A stretch of 56,388 nucleotides of DNA from positions 1-56,388 of the forward strand of contig JBBDKW010000018.1 in the NCBI GenBank assembly GCA_040879175.1. The letters are read 5' to 3'. This document shows, one piece after another, positions 43,230 to 53,600 of this stretch (the first letter of the stretch is position 1; every line of letters begins with the position of its first letter). This DNA comes from Candidatus Saccharimonadales bacterium (GTDB lineage: Bacteria; Patescibacteriota; Saccharimonadia; Saccharimonadales; UBA10212). The notes under the pieces are model-generated. The model searched no databases. It saw nothing but the letters and a program-made list of their open reading frames with translations, and had not been told where the DNA came from. The position numbers were made by a program, and so were the translations under genes.

Positions 43230-44555
43230 CTAATTATTTAGGTCGTCTTTTGGTCGGTGACGGGCAGCAAGAGTACTGACCAAGCGTTCAAGCGACAACT
43301 CCTTTTCTTCGCCGCTTCGCAAATCTTTCAGCTTGAATCGGCGTGTGGCGAGCTCGTGCTCGCCCAAGAATATAACATATGGTATACCGGACTTGACCGC
43401 ACTCTTGAGCTGGGCATCGAGTTTGCGCCCGGACGTATCAACCGCCAATCTCAATCCCTCTTCTCGCAAATCTGCTAAAGTTTGTTGCGCAGATTCGTAA
43501 ACATCACCAATCAGTACGATTGTGACATCAGTCTCTGGTTCAAATTTCGGCATCAGTTTGTGGCCTTCCAAGAACATTTGCAGCGTCACATCGCCCATTC
43601 CAAAGCCGACTGTCGGCACCGGCTCGACGCCGAAGGCGCCAACCAGCGCGTCATAGCGCCCGCCGCCGAACATCGAACGGCTGTTTTCCGGGTTGTTATC
43701 ATACACCTCAAAGACAATGTCGGTGTAGTAATCAAATCCTCTCATCAAAGATGGATTAAACACAGCACTCTGCACTCCGCTGGCAATCAACAAACTCATC
43801 AAATGTTGTAGTTGCTTGGCTGCTGGATGCTGCTGTACAACCAGCGGCAGTTCACCCAGTGTTTTGACTTTCAAAAGCCCGAGTAGCTGCGATATAACGT
43901 CTGCTTGGACTTGTGCCGGGCTGAGAAACATACTGGCAGACGCCTTGAACTCTTTCTCGGAAACTTTGTCCAGTTTATCTATCAGCCTCGCCAACGGTTG
44001 TATCTGTGATTGGTCGAAATGGAAGTTTTCCAGCAGGAACCAGTTAAGAAGCTGGCGGCTGTTAAGCCTGATGGTATAGCTATCCGGTTTAGCCCCGAAT
44101 GCTTTCAGTATTTTATCGGCCAGCAAAATAATCTCGTGGTCGGCTTCAATACCGGCCACGCCAAAGATATCAACATTGAGTTGCCAGTGTTCGCGCAATC
44201 GCCCGGCCTGTGGCCGCTCATAACGCCAGAGGTTGGGTATGCTGTACCAACGGACTGGATACGCCAGTTCTTGCCTTTTGCCGGCAACCATTCGGCTCAC
44301 CGAAGGTGTCATTTCCGGGCGCAAGGTTATGGTGCGACCACCGCGGTCGGTAAATACAAATGTCTGCTCAATCACGATTTCTTCGCTGGTCTTGCTCATA
44401 TAAATCTCGATTGGTTCGACAATCGGCGCGTCGTATTCCTGATAGCCAAAGCTCTCAGACACTTGTCTCAGTACGCCAAACATATATTTCTGGACGCGCT
44501 TATCCTCAGGGTAAAAATCGCGCGCGCCCTTATACGGTTGAGTAGAAAGAGCCAT
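43230..44555 (-). CDS. hisS: Histidine--tRNA ligase
   Basis: It starts MALSTQPYKGARDFYPEDK and contains LRPEMT, YYTDIVFE and GGGRYD. I chose the ATG at 44555 (GGGAGG upstream); the track start at 44591 adds 12 unlikely residues. Confidence 0.93.
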   Translation of the reverse strand: MALSTQPYKGARDFYPEDKRVQKYMFGVLRQVSESFGYQEYDAPIVEPIEIYMSKTSEEIVIEQTFVFTDRGGRTITLRPEMTPSVSRMVAGKRQELAYPVRWYSIPNLWRYERPQAGRLREHWQLNVDIFGVAGIEADHEIILLADKILKAFGAKPDSYTIRLNSRQLLNWFLLENFHFDQSQIQPLARLIDKLDKVSEKEFKASASMFLSPAQVQADVISQLLGLLKVKTLGELPLVVQQHPAAKQLQHLMSLLIASGVQSAVFNPSLMRGFDYYTDIVFEVYDNNPENSRSMFGGGRYDALVGAFGVEPVPTVGFGMGDVTLQMFLEGHKLMPKFEPETDVTIVLIGDVYESAQQTLADLREEGLRLAVDTSGRKLDAQLKSAVKSGIPYVIFLGEHELATRRFKLKDLRSGEEKELSLERLVSTLAARHRPKDDLNN

Positions 44556-44574
44556 TAGATGCCTCCCTCGGAGG

Positions 44575-44700
44575 CAATGAGCAATGAACAATGAGCAATT
44601 GACAATGAATTATCAATGTAACAATGATTCAATGCATTATTTGAGCATTGGCTATTTGTCCATTCATTGAACATTGAAAATTTGTCCATTGAGCATTTAT
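44575..44700. repeat. Heptamer array D with opposite polarity (CAATG units first, CATTG units second) in a divergent promoter region
   Basis: CAATG/CAATT starts at 44575, 44582, 44589, 44596, 44603, 44614, 44622 and 44630. CATT(G) starts at 44635, 44646, 44661, 44665, 44672, 44687 and 44694. Confidence 0.75.
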
Positions 44701-44753
44701 CTTACGAGTAATTATACCCCGCAGGGGATAACAATGGTAAGATAACTTTTAGT

Positions 44754-45476
44754 ATGGCGAAAAATAGACCGAGGCGCGGCTCCCCCTTGCACTTAGCCGG
44801 TGCTTTTGAGCTATTTGGCCAGAGTTACCAGATTATAAAACGCAACTCCGAGGTCTTTATTGTGCTGTTTTCGGTCGGCGTGTTGCTCGCTATGTGGGAA
44901 ACGCTCGGACGGTATGTAGAAGATGAGCCGGCGCGAGATTGGAAGGCATTCTTAATCAACCGCGGCTTCGGCAGTAATGTGGATACCGGCGTATTTGCCG
45001 CCGGCGGTTTTATGTTCTTTATCAGCATCTTGTATGCCTTGGCCTATTTGTTGCTTACCATCGCCGTCTTAAGGGCTTCTCAAGGCCAGAAAATTACGCT
45101 CAGCGGGCTTTGGCGAGAGCTGGTGGATAGATGGTTGTGGCTGAAGCTGATAGGAGCATTCATCTTGGTCGCTCTGGCGCTTATAGCCGGCTTCATTGCA
45201 CTCATTATCCCGGGGGTAATCCTGATTTGGCGTCTATTTTTTGTACCGTTCGTACTGATTGACCAAAAAACCACAATAGAAGGAGCCTTTAGGCGCAGCT
45301 GGCGGATGACGAGGGGTTTTGCTTGGCCCATCTACAGCGTTATTTTTGTTGCTGTGCTTTTATCTATAACTAACGTCTTACCGATTTTCGGCCCGTTAAT
45401 TGCTTTCGTCTTAGGCGCGATTTATACAGTCGCCCCAGCCCTCCGCTACCAAGAACTCAAAAAAATATCTGCGTAA
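44754..45476 (+). CDS. Hypothetical integral membrane protein (about 5-6 TM helices)
   Basis: The 240-aa ORF has long hydrophobic segments (FIVLFSVGVLLAMW, FMFFISILYALAYLLLTIAVL, LIGAFILVALALIAGFIALIIPGVILIW). I recognise no family. Confidence 0.65.
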   Translation: MAKNRPRRGSPLHLAGAFELFGQSYQIIKRNSEVFIVLFSVGVLLAMWETLGRYVEDEPARDWKAFLINRGFGSNVDTGVFAAGGFMFFISILYALAYLLLTIAVLRASQGQKITLSGLWRELVDRWLWLKLIGAFILVALALIAGFIALIIPGVILIWRLFFVPFVLIDQKTTIEGAFRRSWRMTRGFAWPIYSVIFVAVLLSITNVLPIFGPLIAFVLGAIYTVAPALRYQELKKISA

Positions 45477-45482
45477 TATTGC

Positions 45483-45567
45483 TGGTGGGTGAGAGAGGAC
45501 TCGAACCTCCACGCCTTGCGGCACTAGGTCCTAAACCTAGCGTGTATACCAATTTCACCACTCACCC
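45483..45567 (-). tRNA. tRNA-Leu (anticodon UAG), long variable arm, CCA encoded
   Basis: Manual cloverleaf: GGGTGAG/CTCACCC acceptor, anticodon arm CTAGG-TTTAGGA-CCTAG, T arm GGAGG-TTCGAGT-CCTCT. Confidence 0.88.
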
Positions 45568-45582
45568 GCTACCACTGTTATT

Positions 45583-46116
45583 TTAGCTTATTTTGCGGTA
45601 AAAGACCAGTTGTGAGTCGCCGTAGAGTTTGGCTGTTATGAGTTCTAGCCCGCCAAAAGTCGGTGGTTGTCTATTGCCAGGATATGAAAGAGCTATAAGT
45701 CCTTGCGGTTTGGAATGCTTAGTCAGTTTAGCTAAAAGCTCGTGCGACAAGTCATTGTACGGTGGGTCTAATAAAACCAAATCAAATTTAGAAGCAGGAT
45801 TTTTGTCACTCCAGCTTCCGGCGTTGGCACGGATAGCTTTAACTCCGTCTTCTACCTGTAGATCTTTTATATTTCTTTGAATTTGAGCGTGCGCACCCTT
45901 ATCGATTTCTATGGCGGCTGCCTTTGCCGCCCCGCGGCTAACGGCCTCAAAACTCAGCGCTCCGCTGCCGGCAAAAGCATCAAGTATGGATAATGCTTGA
46001 ACGTCGCCTAAAATATTAAACAGCGCCCCACGCATTTTATCGCTCATTGGATGGACTTTATGAGCGTGAGGTGACTGGAACTGCCTACCGCCTAATTTGC
46101 CCGCAATAATTCTCAT
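45583..46116 (-). CDS. rsmD: 16S rRNA (guanine966-N2)-methyltransferase
   Basis: It starts MRIIAGKLGGRQF and contains DAFAGSGALSFEAVSRGA and LDPPY. I chose the ATG at 46116 over the track's 46152. Confidence 0.85.
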   Translation of the reverse strand: MRIIAGKLGGRQFQSPHAHKVHPMSDKMRGALFNILGDVQALSILDAFAGSGALSFEAVSRGAAKAAAIEIDKGAHAQIQRNIKDLQVEDGVKAIRANAGSWSDKNPASKFDLVLLDPPYNDLSHELLAKLTKHSKPQGLIALSYPGNRQPPTFGGLELITAKLYGDSQLVFYRKIS

Positions 46117-46156
46117 ACAAACAGCGTACAGTGTAAGGCCTGCAGAGTACAATACA

Positions 46157-46186
46157 CCGAAAACTCACCGGTCGGTGAGTTTTCGG
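46157..46186 (-). terminator. Strong hairpin after recG (candidate terminator)
   Basis: ccgaaaactcacc-ggtc-ggtgagttttcgg forms a perfect 13-bp stem. On the minus strand it is followed by TGTATTGT. Confidence 0.5.
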
Positions 46187-46198
46187 GGGGGTAAATCT

Positions 46199-48235
46199 TC
46201 AGTTAAGATTGGTGATGGCCCTGAGATTAGCGACACGCCGGGCAAGATGCGGGTACTTTTTGATATTCTCGCTTTTTTCGATGAATTTCTGGGCGGCATT
46301 ACGAGCGGCAGCAATCAACTTTATGTCTGTAAGGTTAGCTACTCTCAAATCGAGCGCGCCGTGCTGCATAGTGCCGTAAATCGCTCCCGGGCCACGCAGC
46401 CTAAGGTCGAGTTCGGCCAACTTAAAACCATTATTCAAAGTTTCTAAGGCCTTCAAACGCTGGCCTGGGTCTTGGCTGTCACTCGGAATCAGATAACAAT
46501 AGCTCTGGTGCTCGGCTCGCCCAACACGGCCTCGAAGTTGATGGATCTGCGCCAGTCCGAATCGCTCTGCACCCTCTACAACCATGATCGTCGCATTAGC
46601 TATATCTACACCAACCTCAATGACTGTGGTACTGACCAAAATATCGTACTTATTATTTAGGAATTTCTGCATCACTCCGTCTTTTTCGGCCGATTTCAGG
46701 CGGCCATGCAGTAAGCCCACGCGGCGATGCTTGAAATCTCTTTTGCTAATACGCTCAAATACTTCCTCAACCGACAGGCCGCGACTGGTTTCAGAGTCGG
46801 CAATTAGTGGACAAACGATAAACACCTGCCGGCCGGCTTGGAGTTCTTTATCTATTTGCTCATAAAGCTGCTTGCGTGAATTCGGTGACCAGATTTTAGT
46901 AATAATCGGCTGGCGCCCTTGAGGCATCTCATCAAGAATGCAAATATCGAGTTCGCCATATAGGGTGAGAGCCAGGCTGCGCGGTATCGGCGTGGCCGTC
47001 ATATGAAGTACGTGCGGCATATGGCCGGCCTTGGCCTGAAGCTTCTTGCGTTGATCGACGCCGAATCGATGTTGCTCATCTACGATGACGAGCCCCAGTT
47101 TGCGCATATCAACCTGTTCGGCAATCAACGCGTGTGTACCGACCATCAAGCCGATATCTCCACCGGCTATCCGCTTTCTGGTCTCTGTTTTTTGCTTCGG
47201 TTTTAGCCCGCCGATTAATAACCCGACATGTGTCTCGTAATTAACGTTGGCAAGTAGCTTATACAAATTATCAGCGTGCTGACGGGCTAAGATCTCAGTC
47301 GGTGCCATCATTGCTACTTGGAAATCTTGCTCCAGCGCCATTAGAGCCGCCATGGCAGCAACGACTGTTTTACCCGAGCCGACATCGCCTTCCAGCAACC
47401 GGTTCATCGGCTGGCTCTTAGCCATATCCTGGTAAATTTGCCACGTTGCTTTGCGCTGGGCATCTGTCAGCCTAAAGGGTAGTTTTGCGACAAAATCGCG
47501 CGCTAACACTTCGCTGAACTGTATGGCTAGGGCTTTGTTGCGGTATAACTCGTACTTATTGAGCAGTGCCGCCAGCGCAAGTTCGAACACTTCTTCAAAA
47601 CCCAGGCGCCTTTTTGCTTTCTCGAGCTCTTTACTCGAGCTTGGAAAATGCATTTCCATCACAGCAGTCGAGTACGGCATAAGCTTCTGCTCATTGATTA
47701 GCCATTGCGGTAGGTGATCCGGCAGTTCACCGGTGTCTGTTAGGGCCTGCCGAATCAATTTGCGGATGGTAAATGACTTTAAGCCTTTTGTTTCACGGTA
47801 AATCGGAATAATACGGGCGGTGTTGATGGGGAAATCGCTTACTAGCTCAACAGATGGATTAGTGATGCTGAATCGGCCGCGCCTTAAGCTATATTCACCG
47901 CCGATATAGTAAGGCTGGTTTCGCCTAATACCACCGGCGCGGTACGGTTGATTAAACCATATCAGACGTACCGCGCTTGTTTCGTCGCTAGCAATCGCCT
48001 CTGTTATGTGCAACCCGCGCCGCACGTAACGGCCGGTAACTTGGCCGATTTGAGCCTCCAGTGTTACTTGGCCGGGTTTAAGATCTTTTATCGAGATGAC
48101 CTCCGAATAATCTTCGTACCGGCGCGGGTAGTTGGTAATTAAATCGTTGACATTTCTAATGCTAAGGACAGCCAACTTCTTGGCTACCTCGTCTTCTACG
48201 CCTTTGAGTTCGGTGATTTTCGTAGAAAGCGTCAC
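46199..48235 (-). CDS. recG: ATP-dependent DNA helicase RecG
   Basis: The 678-aa ORF (GTG start) has a wedge domain, Walker A GDVGSGKT, DEQHRFG, and helicase C motifs (QLRGRVGR). Confidence 0.93.
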   Translation of the reverse strand: MTLSTKITELKGVEDEVAKKLAVLSIRNVNDLITNYPRRYEDYSEVISIKDLKPGQVTLEAQIGQVTGRYVRRGLHITEAIASDETSAVRLIWFNQPYRAGGIRRNQPYYIGGEYSLRRGRFSITNPSVELVSDFPINTARIIPIYRETKGLKSFTIRKLIRQALTDTGELPDHLPQWLINEQKLMPYSTAVMEMHFPSSSKELEKAKRRLGFEEVFELALAALLNKYELYRNKALAIQFSEVLARDFVAKLPFRLTDAQRKATWQIYQDMAKSQPMNRLLEGDVGSGKTVVAAMAALMALEQDFQVAMMAPTEILARQHADNLYKLLANVNYETHVGLLIGGLKPKQKTETRKRIAGGDIGLMVGTHALIAEQVDMRKLGLVIVDEQHRFGVDQRKKLQAKAGHMPHVLHMTATPIPRSLALTLYGELDICILDEMPQGRQPIITKIWSPNSRKQLYEQIDKELQAGRQVFIVCPLIADSETSRGLSVEEVFERISKRDFKHRRVGLLHGRLKSAEKDGVMQKFLNNKYDILVSTTVIEVGVDIANATIMVVEGAERFGLAQIHQLRGRVGRAEHQSYCYLIPSDSQDPGQRLKALETLNNGFKLAELDLRLRGPGAIYGTMQHGALDLRVANLTDIKLIAAARNAAQKFIEKSENIKKYPHLARRVANLRAITNLN

Positions 48236-48254
48236 TGCTACAAGTGTAGCAACA

Positions 48255-49025
48255 TTATCTTCTTTTGAGTTTTAGCCAGACGCTGGGGCCGAAGTATATT
48301 GGCGCTAGTAGCGGTTGAAGGATTTTTTCTAGTGCCAGAAGCGGCTTTTTGCCCAAAACTTTTTTAACTCGGGGGGAGCGCAGGTTGGAGCCGCTTAAAA
48401 TAGTTTCAACTTCGAAACCGGCTTTTTGCAACATTTTAATAATGGTTTTGGGGTGGTGGTTCACAAAGGGCAGCTCGCCCGCCTTAACTTTGGCTTCATC
48501 TTGGATACTGATTGGAGTGTGAGGCACGCGCTTGCCGCGGATACCATACCTAACCCGATTCAGGAAGTGCGCGTCATTGGCGAACTCCAAAATAAAGGTT
48601 CCACCGGGTTTTAGAGCTCGGGTTATTTCTTTGAATTCGGTCATCGGGTCAGGCAGATGATGCATTACCCGCACAACCAGAACTAAATCAACCGATCCTT
48701 TAGGCACTTTTAAGTCAGCCGCTTGTAGTAGCTTGAGCTCGACTTTGGGCGTATCTTTCAGATAAATTTTGGCTATATCGAGTTGCTGCTGGCTCGGTTC
48801 TGCCAAAGTAACTTTATCAGCATATTTGGTTAGCAGCTTACTAAGGCGTCCGTAGCCGCCGCCGACATCAACAGCATGTTCAAAACTCTGGCCTTTAAGC
48901 AGGCGGTTAATAGCCATCTCTTCAGCCGCGTGTTCGTACTCCCGCCCCGCCCAGTAGTCCTGATAGTTGTACTTAGGGTCGTCGTATTGATCGGCCTTAC
49001 GAACGCTTTTTTTAGCTTGAACCAT
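48255..49025 (-). CDS. Class I SAM-dependent methyltransferase
   Basis: The 256-aa ORF has motif I, VDVGGGYGRLS, and a downstream LKPGGTFILEF. Confidence 0.75.
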   Translation of the reverse strand: MVQAKKSVRKADQYDDPKYNYQDYWAGREYEHAAEEMAINRLLKGQSFEHAVDVGGGYGRLSKLLTKYADKVTLAEPSQQQLDIAKIYLKDTPKVELKLLQAADLKVPKGSVDLVLVVRVMHHLPDPMTEFKEITRALKPGGTFILEFANDAHFLNRVRYGIRGKRVPHTPISIQDEAKVKAGELPFVNHHPKTIIKMLQKAGFEVETILSGSNLRSPRVKKVLGKKPLLALEKILQPLLAPIYFGPSVWLKLKRR

Positions 49026-50267
49026 CTATTCTAATTCTACCAGGGCAGAGTCCTTGTAGGCTTTGCCGCGGCGCAGAAGTAACCGGCCGTTCTGGAAGTC
49101 GCGCGGCTCGAATGTATCACGTGTTACCTGTTGACCGTTAATATATACACCGCCATTTGCAAGTATTGTTCTCGCAATTGAGTTAGAGGCGACAAGTCCT
49201 GTTTTTACTAAAGCATCTATGATGCTTCCGACATCTCTTGCTCTGGTAGAAGGTACCTCATTTCTGATTTGTGCTAACTCTTCCTGTGTAGCCCCAGAAA
49301 TAGATACTTGACTAGTCAAGTATTTCGTAACTCCGGTGGCGGCGCTACTTTCCGAGCCATGCACCAGCTTTGTGACCTCTTCGGCTAATTTTTTCTGGGC
49401 CTTTCTCTGTGATGGGTCTACCTTATGCTCGCTCACCGCCTGCTCTATCTGTTCTTTGGGTAACAGAGTGAAGATTTTCAAGTAGTTTTCGACGTCCGCA
49501 TCGTCGCTGTTAATCCAAAACTGGTAAAACTGCGTCGGGCTGGTTTTTTGGGTGTCCAGCCACACTGTTCCGGCCTCAGTTTTGCCGAATTTCCGGCCTG
49601 TCGCTTTATCAACTACCAGCGGCATGCTTAGGGCGTGGACTTCTTTGCCTTCTTTCTTACGAATAAGCGCCACCCCCGAAAGCATATTACCCCATTGGTC
49701 CGAGCCGCCAATCTGCAACTCCACAGCGTGATTTTTAAACAGCTGCCAATAATCATACCCCTGGATTAGAGAGTAACTGAACTCGGCGTAACTGACGCCG
49801 CTGCCGCCCTCACCCATCCGCTCCCTTACAAACTCGCGCTGCATCAGCTCGGTCATAGAAAAACTCTTGCCAACCTCTCGTAGAAAATCGAGGTATTTGA
49901 CGTCCGCCAGCCATTTATAGTTGTCTGCCGGCGTAAAGTGTTGGCCGGCAAATAGGCCGGAAACTTGCTCTTTAATAGCCTCGGTGTTACGCAGGATTTC
50001 CTCGCGCGGCTGCAGCTCGCGCTCCTCAGTCTTACCACCTGGGTCGCCAATCAAACTGGTAGCACCGCCTACCAGCAAAACGGCCTTCCAGCCGCCGTCA
50101 ATCAGTCTTCTGGCGAGCAATAGCGCTGCCAAATTGCCGATAGTCAAACTATCTGAAGAGGCATCTACGCCGTGGTAGAAAGTCTTGGGTTCATCGAGCC
50201 AACCCAAATCGGTAAAGGTTTTGTCTTTTACCAGCCCGCGCCAGGCCAAATCTTCACTCAAGCTCAT
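49026..50267 (-). CDS. tyrS: Tyrosine--tRNA ligase
   Basis: It starts MSLSEDLAWRGLV and contains GGATSLIGDPGGK, KFGKT and a C-terminal S4 domain. I chose the ATG at 50267; the track's 504-aa version adds 91 non-homologous residues. Confidence 0.92.
   Translation of the reverse strand: MSLSEDLAWRGLVKDKTFTDLGWLDEPKTFYHGVDASSDSLTIGNLAALLLARRLIDGGWKAVLLVGGATSLIGDPGGKTEERELQPREEILRNTEAIKEQVSGLFAGQHFTPADNYKWLADVKYLDFLREVGKSFSMTELMQREFVRERMGEGGSGVSYAEFSYSLIQGYDYWQLFKNHAVELQIGGSDQWGNMLSGVALIRKKEGKEVHALSMPLVVDKATGRKFGKTEAGTVWLDTQKTSPTQFYQFWINSDDADVENYLKIFTLLPKEQIEQAVSEHKVDPSQRKAQKKLAEEVTKLVHGSESSAATGVTKYLTSQVSISGATQEELAQIRNEVPSTRARDVGSIIDALVKTGLVASNSIARTILANGGVYINGQQVTRDTFEPRDFQNGRLLLRRGKAYKDSALVELE
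49304..49323. repeat. Perfect 20-bp palindrome inside tyrS sharing an 18-bp core with the fusA terminator palindrome
   Basis: The palindrome is atacttgactagtcaagtat. The core tacttgactagtcaagta is identical to that at 30203..30220. Confidence 0.85.
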
Positions 50268-50613
50268 AAGGTATTTCTCAGTAAATTTGTCATTAATATA
50301 TTTTGTGGATATCCTCCGGAAGAGCAGCCCGAGTGAAATGTATTCCATTTCCCTGGCGCGATGAGAAACCGCGAAGGGGTTTCTCATAAGGCCGAAGGCC
50401 GCAATAATAGTATGCCACATCTGGATTATTCTTGTTATCTCAGACAACAGCACCTGAGCAAAGTGCAAGGAAGCCAGGAGAAGCGAGCGAGGCGTATAGC
50501 TAATACGTTGAGCAAGCTTCGAGCGCAGCTGACACCGCAATTTGCCAAGAACAACAGCGGAGTTCCAGCTCCGCTGGAAGCAGGCTGTTATGCTGCTGTT
50601 ATCTGAAGCGTTT

Positions 50614-50622
50614 TGCTATAAT
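50614..50622 (+). promoter_or_regulatory. Candidate extended -10 promoter for the PBP1A gene
   Basis: TGcTATAAT lies at 50614..50622. AGGAG at 50634..50638 precedes the ATG at 50653. Confidence 0.5.
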
Positions 50623-50652
50623 ACGTTGTTAGCAGGAGATGAGATCTAAACA

Positions 50653-53600
50653 ATGAAAATCAAGGGTTTTGGTAAGCCCCGGCGGCCGAAACGGGGTGGC
50701 AAGCCTATAGCGACCCGTAGCGGGCGAGTACTTAAAGTCAACCGTTCGCTTAGCCAGCGTTGGTCAACTATGCGAGAGGCAAAGACATTGCGTAAATTGA
50801 ACAGGCTCAAAGGCTTGCCTAAGTCCAGGCTCAAGCGGCTGCTCTGGCGCTTACACCCTCAGCACGTAGCCAAGTATTGGTTTAGCCGCGACGGTGGCAT
50901 CATGGCCCTGAAGATCACCGGTATAGCAATCTTGGTCTTATTTGTTTTAACGCTGGGCGTTTTTGCTTATTTCCGCAAAGACTTACCGGACATTAAGGAC
51001 ATATCAGGTAGTTCATTAGGCGGCAGCATCAGCTATTATGACCGGACGGGTAAGGTTCTGCTCTGGCAGGACTACAACGCCGTTAAGCGTGTGCCGGTGC
51101 GCACCGAAGACATATCTAAATTTATGAAGGATGCCACCGTCGCGGTTGAGGACAAAGATTTTTATAACCACAGAGGGTTCGATATCAGGGGCATTACCCG
51201 AGCCGCCATTAATGACATCCTTCACCGCGACGTCCGGCAAGGCGGTTCAACAATTACTCAGCAGCTAGTCAAGCTGACTCAGGATTGGGCCCAGCAGCGG
51301 ACATTCACCCGTAAAGTCAAAGAGTTGATATTGGCCGTTGAACTTGAAAGAACTTACACTAAGGAGGAGATCCTAACCGGTTATCTTAACGCTGCCCCTT
51401 ACGGTGGCATCGATTACGGCGTCCAAGTGGCGGCTTCCGATTACTTCCATAAGAGCGCCAAGGATTTAACTCTTGCCGAGGCAGCGATGCTGGCAGCCAT
51501 CCCTAAATCACCCACCTTGTACTCGCCCTACAGCGGTGAATACTTCAATAAAGATGAGTTCCTAGGCCGCTACGGCTATGTGCTCGACCAGATGGTTAAC
51601 CTGGGAATGATTGACCAAAAACAAGCCGACGAGGCTAAAAAGTTCGATATCTTGGCTACCATCCATCCGCAGCAGACCAAATACGCCGGTATCCGGGCGC
51701 CATACTTCGTGCTGGCGGCTCGCAACGAAATAATTACTAAAAGAGCTCCTCAGGGACCCGGATCGAATAAGCCGGGCGGCTGGAAAGTAATTACCACACT
51801 TGATATGAAGCTCCAAAAACTAGCTGAAGAGACCGTTCAGAAAAACCGTTCTAACGCCCTGCGTTTTGGCGCCGACGCCCAAGCCTTGGTAGCCGAAGAC
51901 GTCAAAACTGGCCAAGTAGTGGCACTGGTTGGCGGCAACGACTTTGACAACAATGAGTACGGCAAAATTAACTATGCCCAGTGGAACATCTCCCCCGGCT
52001 CCAGTTTCAAGCCGTACGACTACGTGGCTTTGATAGAAAACAATAACGCCGGCGCCGGCTCGGTATTGTATGATGTTCAGCAACCCATACCAGGTTACCC
52101 TTGTACCAATAAGGCTAAGCCGTCCTTCGGCCGGGGCCCAGCCAGCGGCGGCAACTGTCTTTATAACTATGACTTCCGTTACCCGGGCGCCGAAAGCCTA
52201 CGTTATGCTTTAGGAGGTTCGCGTAACGTGCCGGCGGTCAAGGCTATGCTGGCGGTAGTTCCCGGCAATGAAACCGCCTCTATAAACAAAACCATCAGCA
52301 CCGCCAATGATTTGATGGCGGCTCCCGGAGCCTACAAGTGTTACAACCCGGGCGTAGACGTCAACACAGCTACGAAATCGGACGAAACCCAGTGTTACGG
52401 GGCTTCAGCCATCGGTGACGGCGCTTACTTGCACCTTGACCAGCACACCCACGGCGTGGCTTCGATTAGCCGGATGGGCTTGGCCATTCCACAAACCTAC
52501 ATCCTAAAAATTTATGATTCCAAGAGCGAAACCAAGCCGCTTTATGAATGGAAACAGCCAAAGGAGGGCGATGACGGTGTCAAGCAGGCCGTCCGGCCGG
52601 AGACCGCTTACATAGTCAGCAACATCGCTTCGGACCCCAACGCCAGCTATCTGTCTTTCCCCAGAAAATGGCATAACTACAACGGCTGGCGCACGGCCAT
52701 TAAAACCGGTACTACAAACAACGGTTTCGATGGGTTGATGATGGGTTGGAATAGCAAGTACGCCGTTGGTAGCTGGGTAGGCCACCACACCCGTAACAAG
52801 CGACTGACGACATTTATGGAGAACTTGACACAACCTTTGACTCGCGACTTTATGAGGGCTGCTCTTGATGCATCGGGTGCCAAGGCCGAAAACTGGACCG
52901 AGCCCTCGGGTATTCAACGCCTGCCGGCTTACGTAGTACGAACGCACGTCGGCAATGGTTCGGTGGAGCCCAGTCCGGGGACCGATCTTTACCCGTCCTG
53001 GTACAAGCCGAAGGGTGCCAGCACCCAGAGCATCACCCTCGATAAAGTCTCCGGGAAATTGGCGACCAATTGCACGCCTTCCTTGGCCCAACAAAAACTC
53101 GGCGGTAGCTCGGCGCCCACAACTTTCTCGGTTGACCCGTTCTATCCGCCCGGTGGGGCCGCCGGTTCTACATCAACAAGCACAACTGGTGCCTCAGATG
53201 ATGTGCACAGTTGTAGCGATACCAAACCCAGCATAACTTTGACTGTCGCCGACACCAACTGCAGTAGCTGTACGTTTACGGCATTCGTGCAGGCCGGGAC
53301 CCATCTATTCAACGATTCGCAATACTCACAGTACCCCGGAACCGTTAACTTTTACGTCAACGGCCAGTTGGTCGGCTCAAAGCCGGTATCTGACCCGGCC
53401 GACACTGTGTCTATAACATATAACGCCTCGTCAGGAGGTAGCGGAAAAGTGACGGCGCAAGTCATAGACAGCGTGCTTTATGACGCTACGAGTAATGCAG
53501 TAAGTGTCAACTTCTCGGGCGGGGGAGGCTCTTTGAGCTTTGATTCGGCCAATAAACAAGGTCCAAATATACACTTTAACTGGTCAGGCGGAATTGGTTC

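Noticed and set aside
50411-50470. A TPP-riboswitch-like string (GGUGC…CUGAGA…AUAAUCCAGAU on the minus strand).
   Set aside because: The order and orientation of the elements do not match the THI-box, where CUGAGA lies 5' of CUGGAUAAUGCCAGCG. The CCAGAU piece is the reverse complement of what is needed, and the gene context is unrelated to thiamine.
50268-50652. A T-box riboswitch upstream of tyrS.
   Set aside because: The length and context fit, but on the minus strand I found no T-box core (…GGGTGGTACCGCG…), no UGGU to pair with the ACCA end of the tRNA-Tyr in this window, and no terminator with a U-run. The 10-bp hairpin is followed by CGCGCC.
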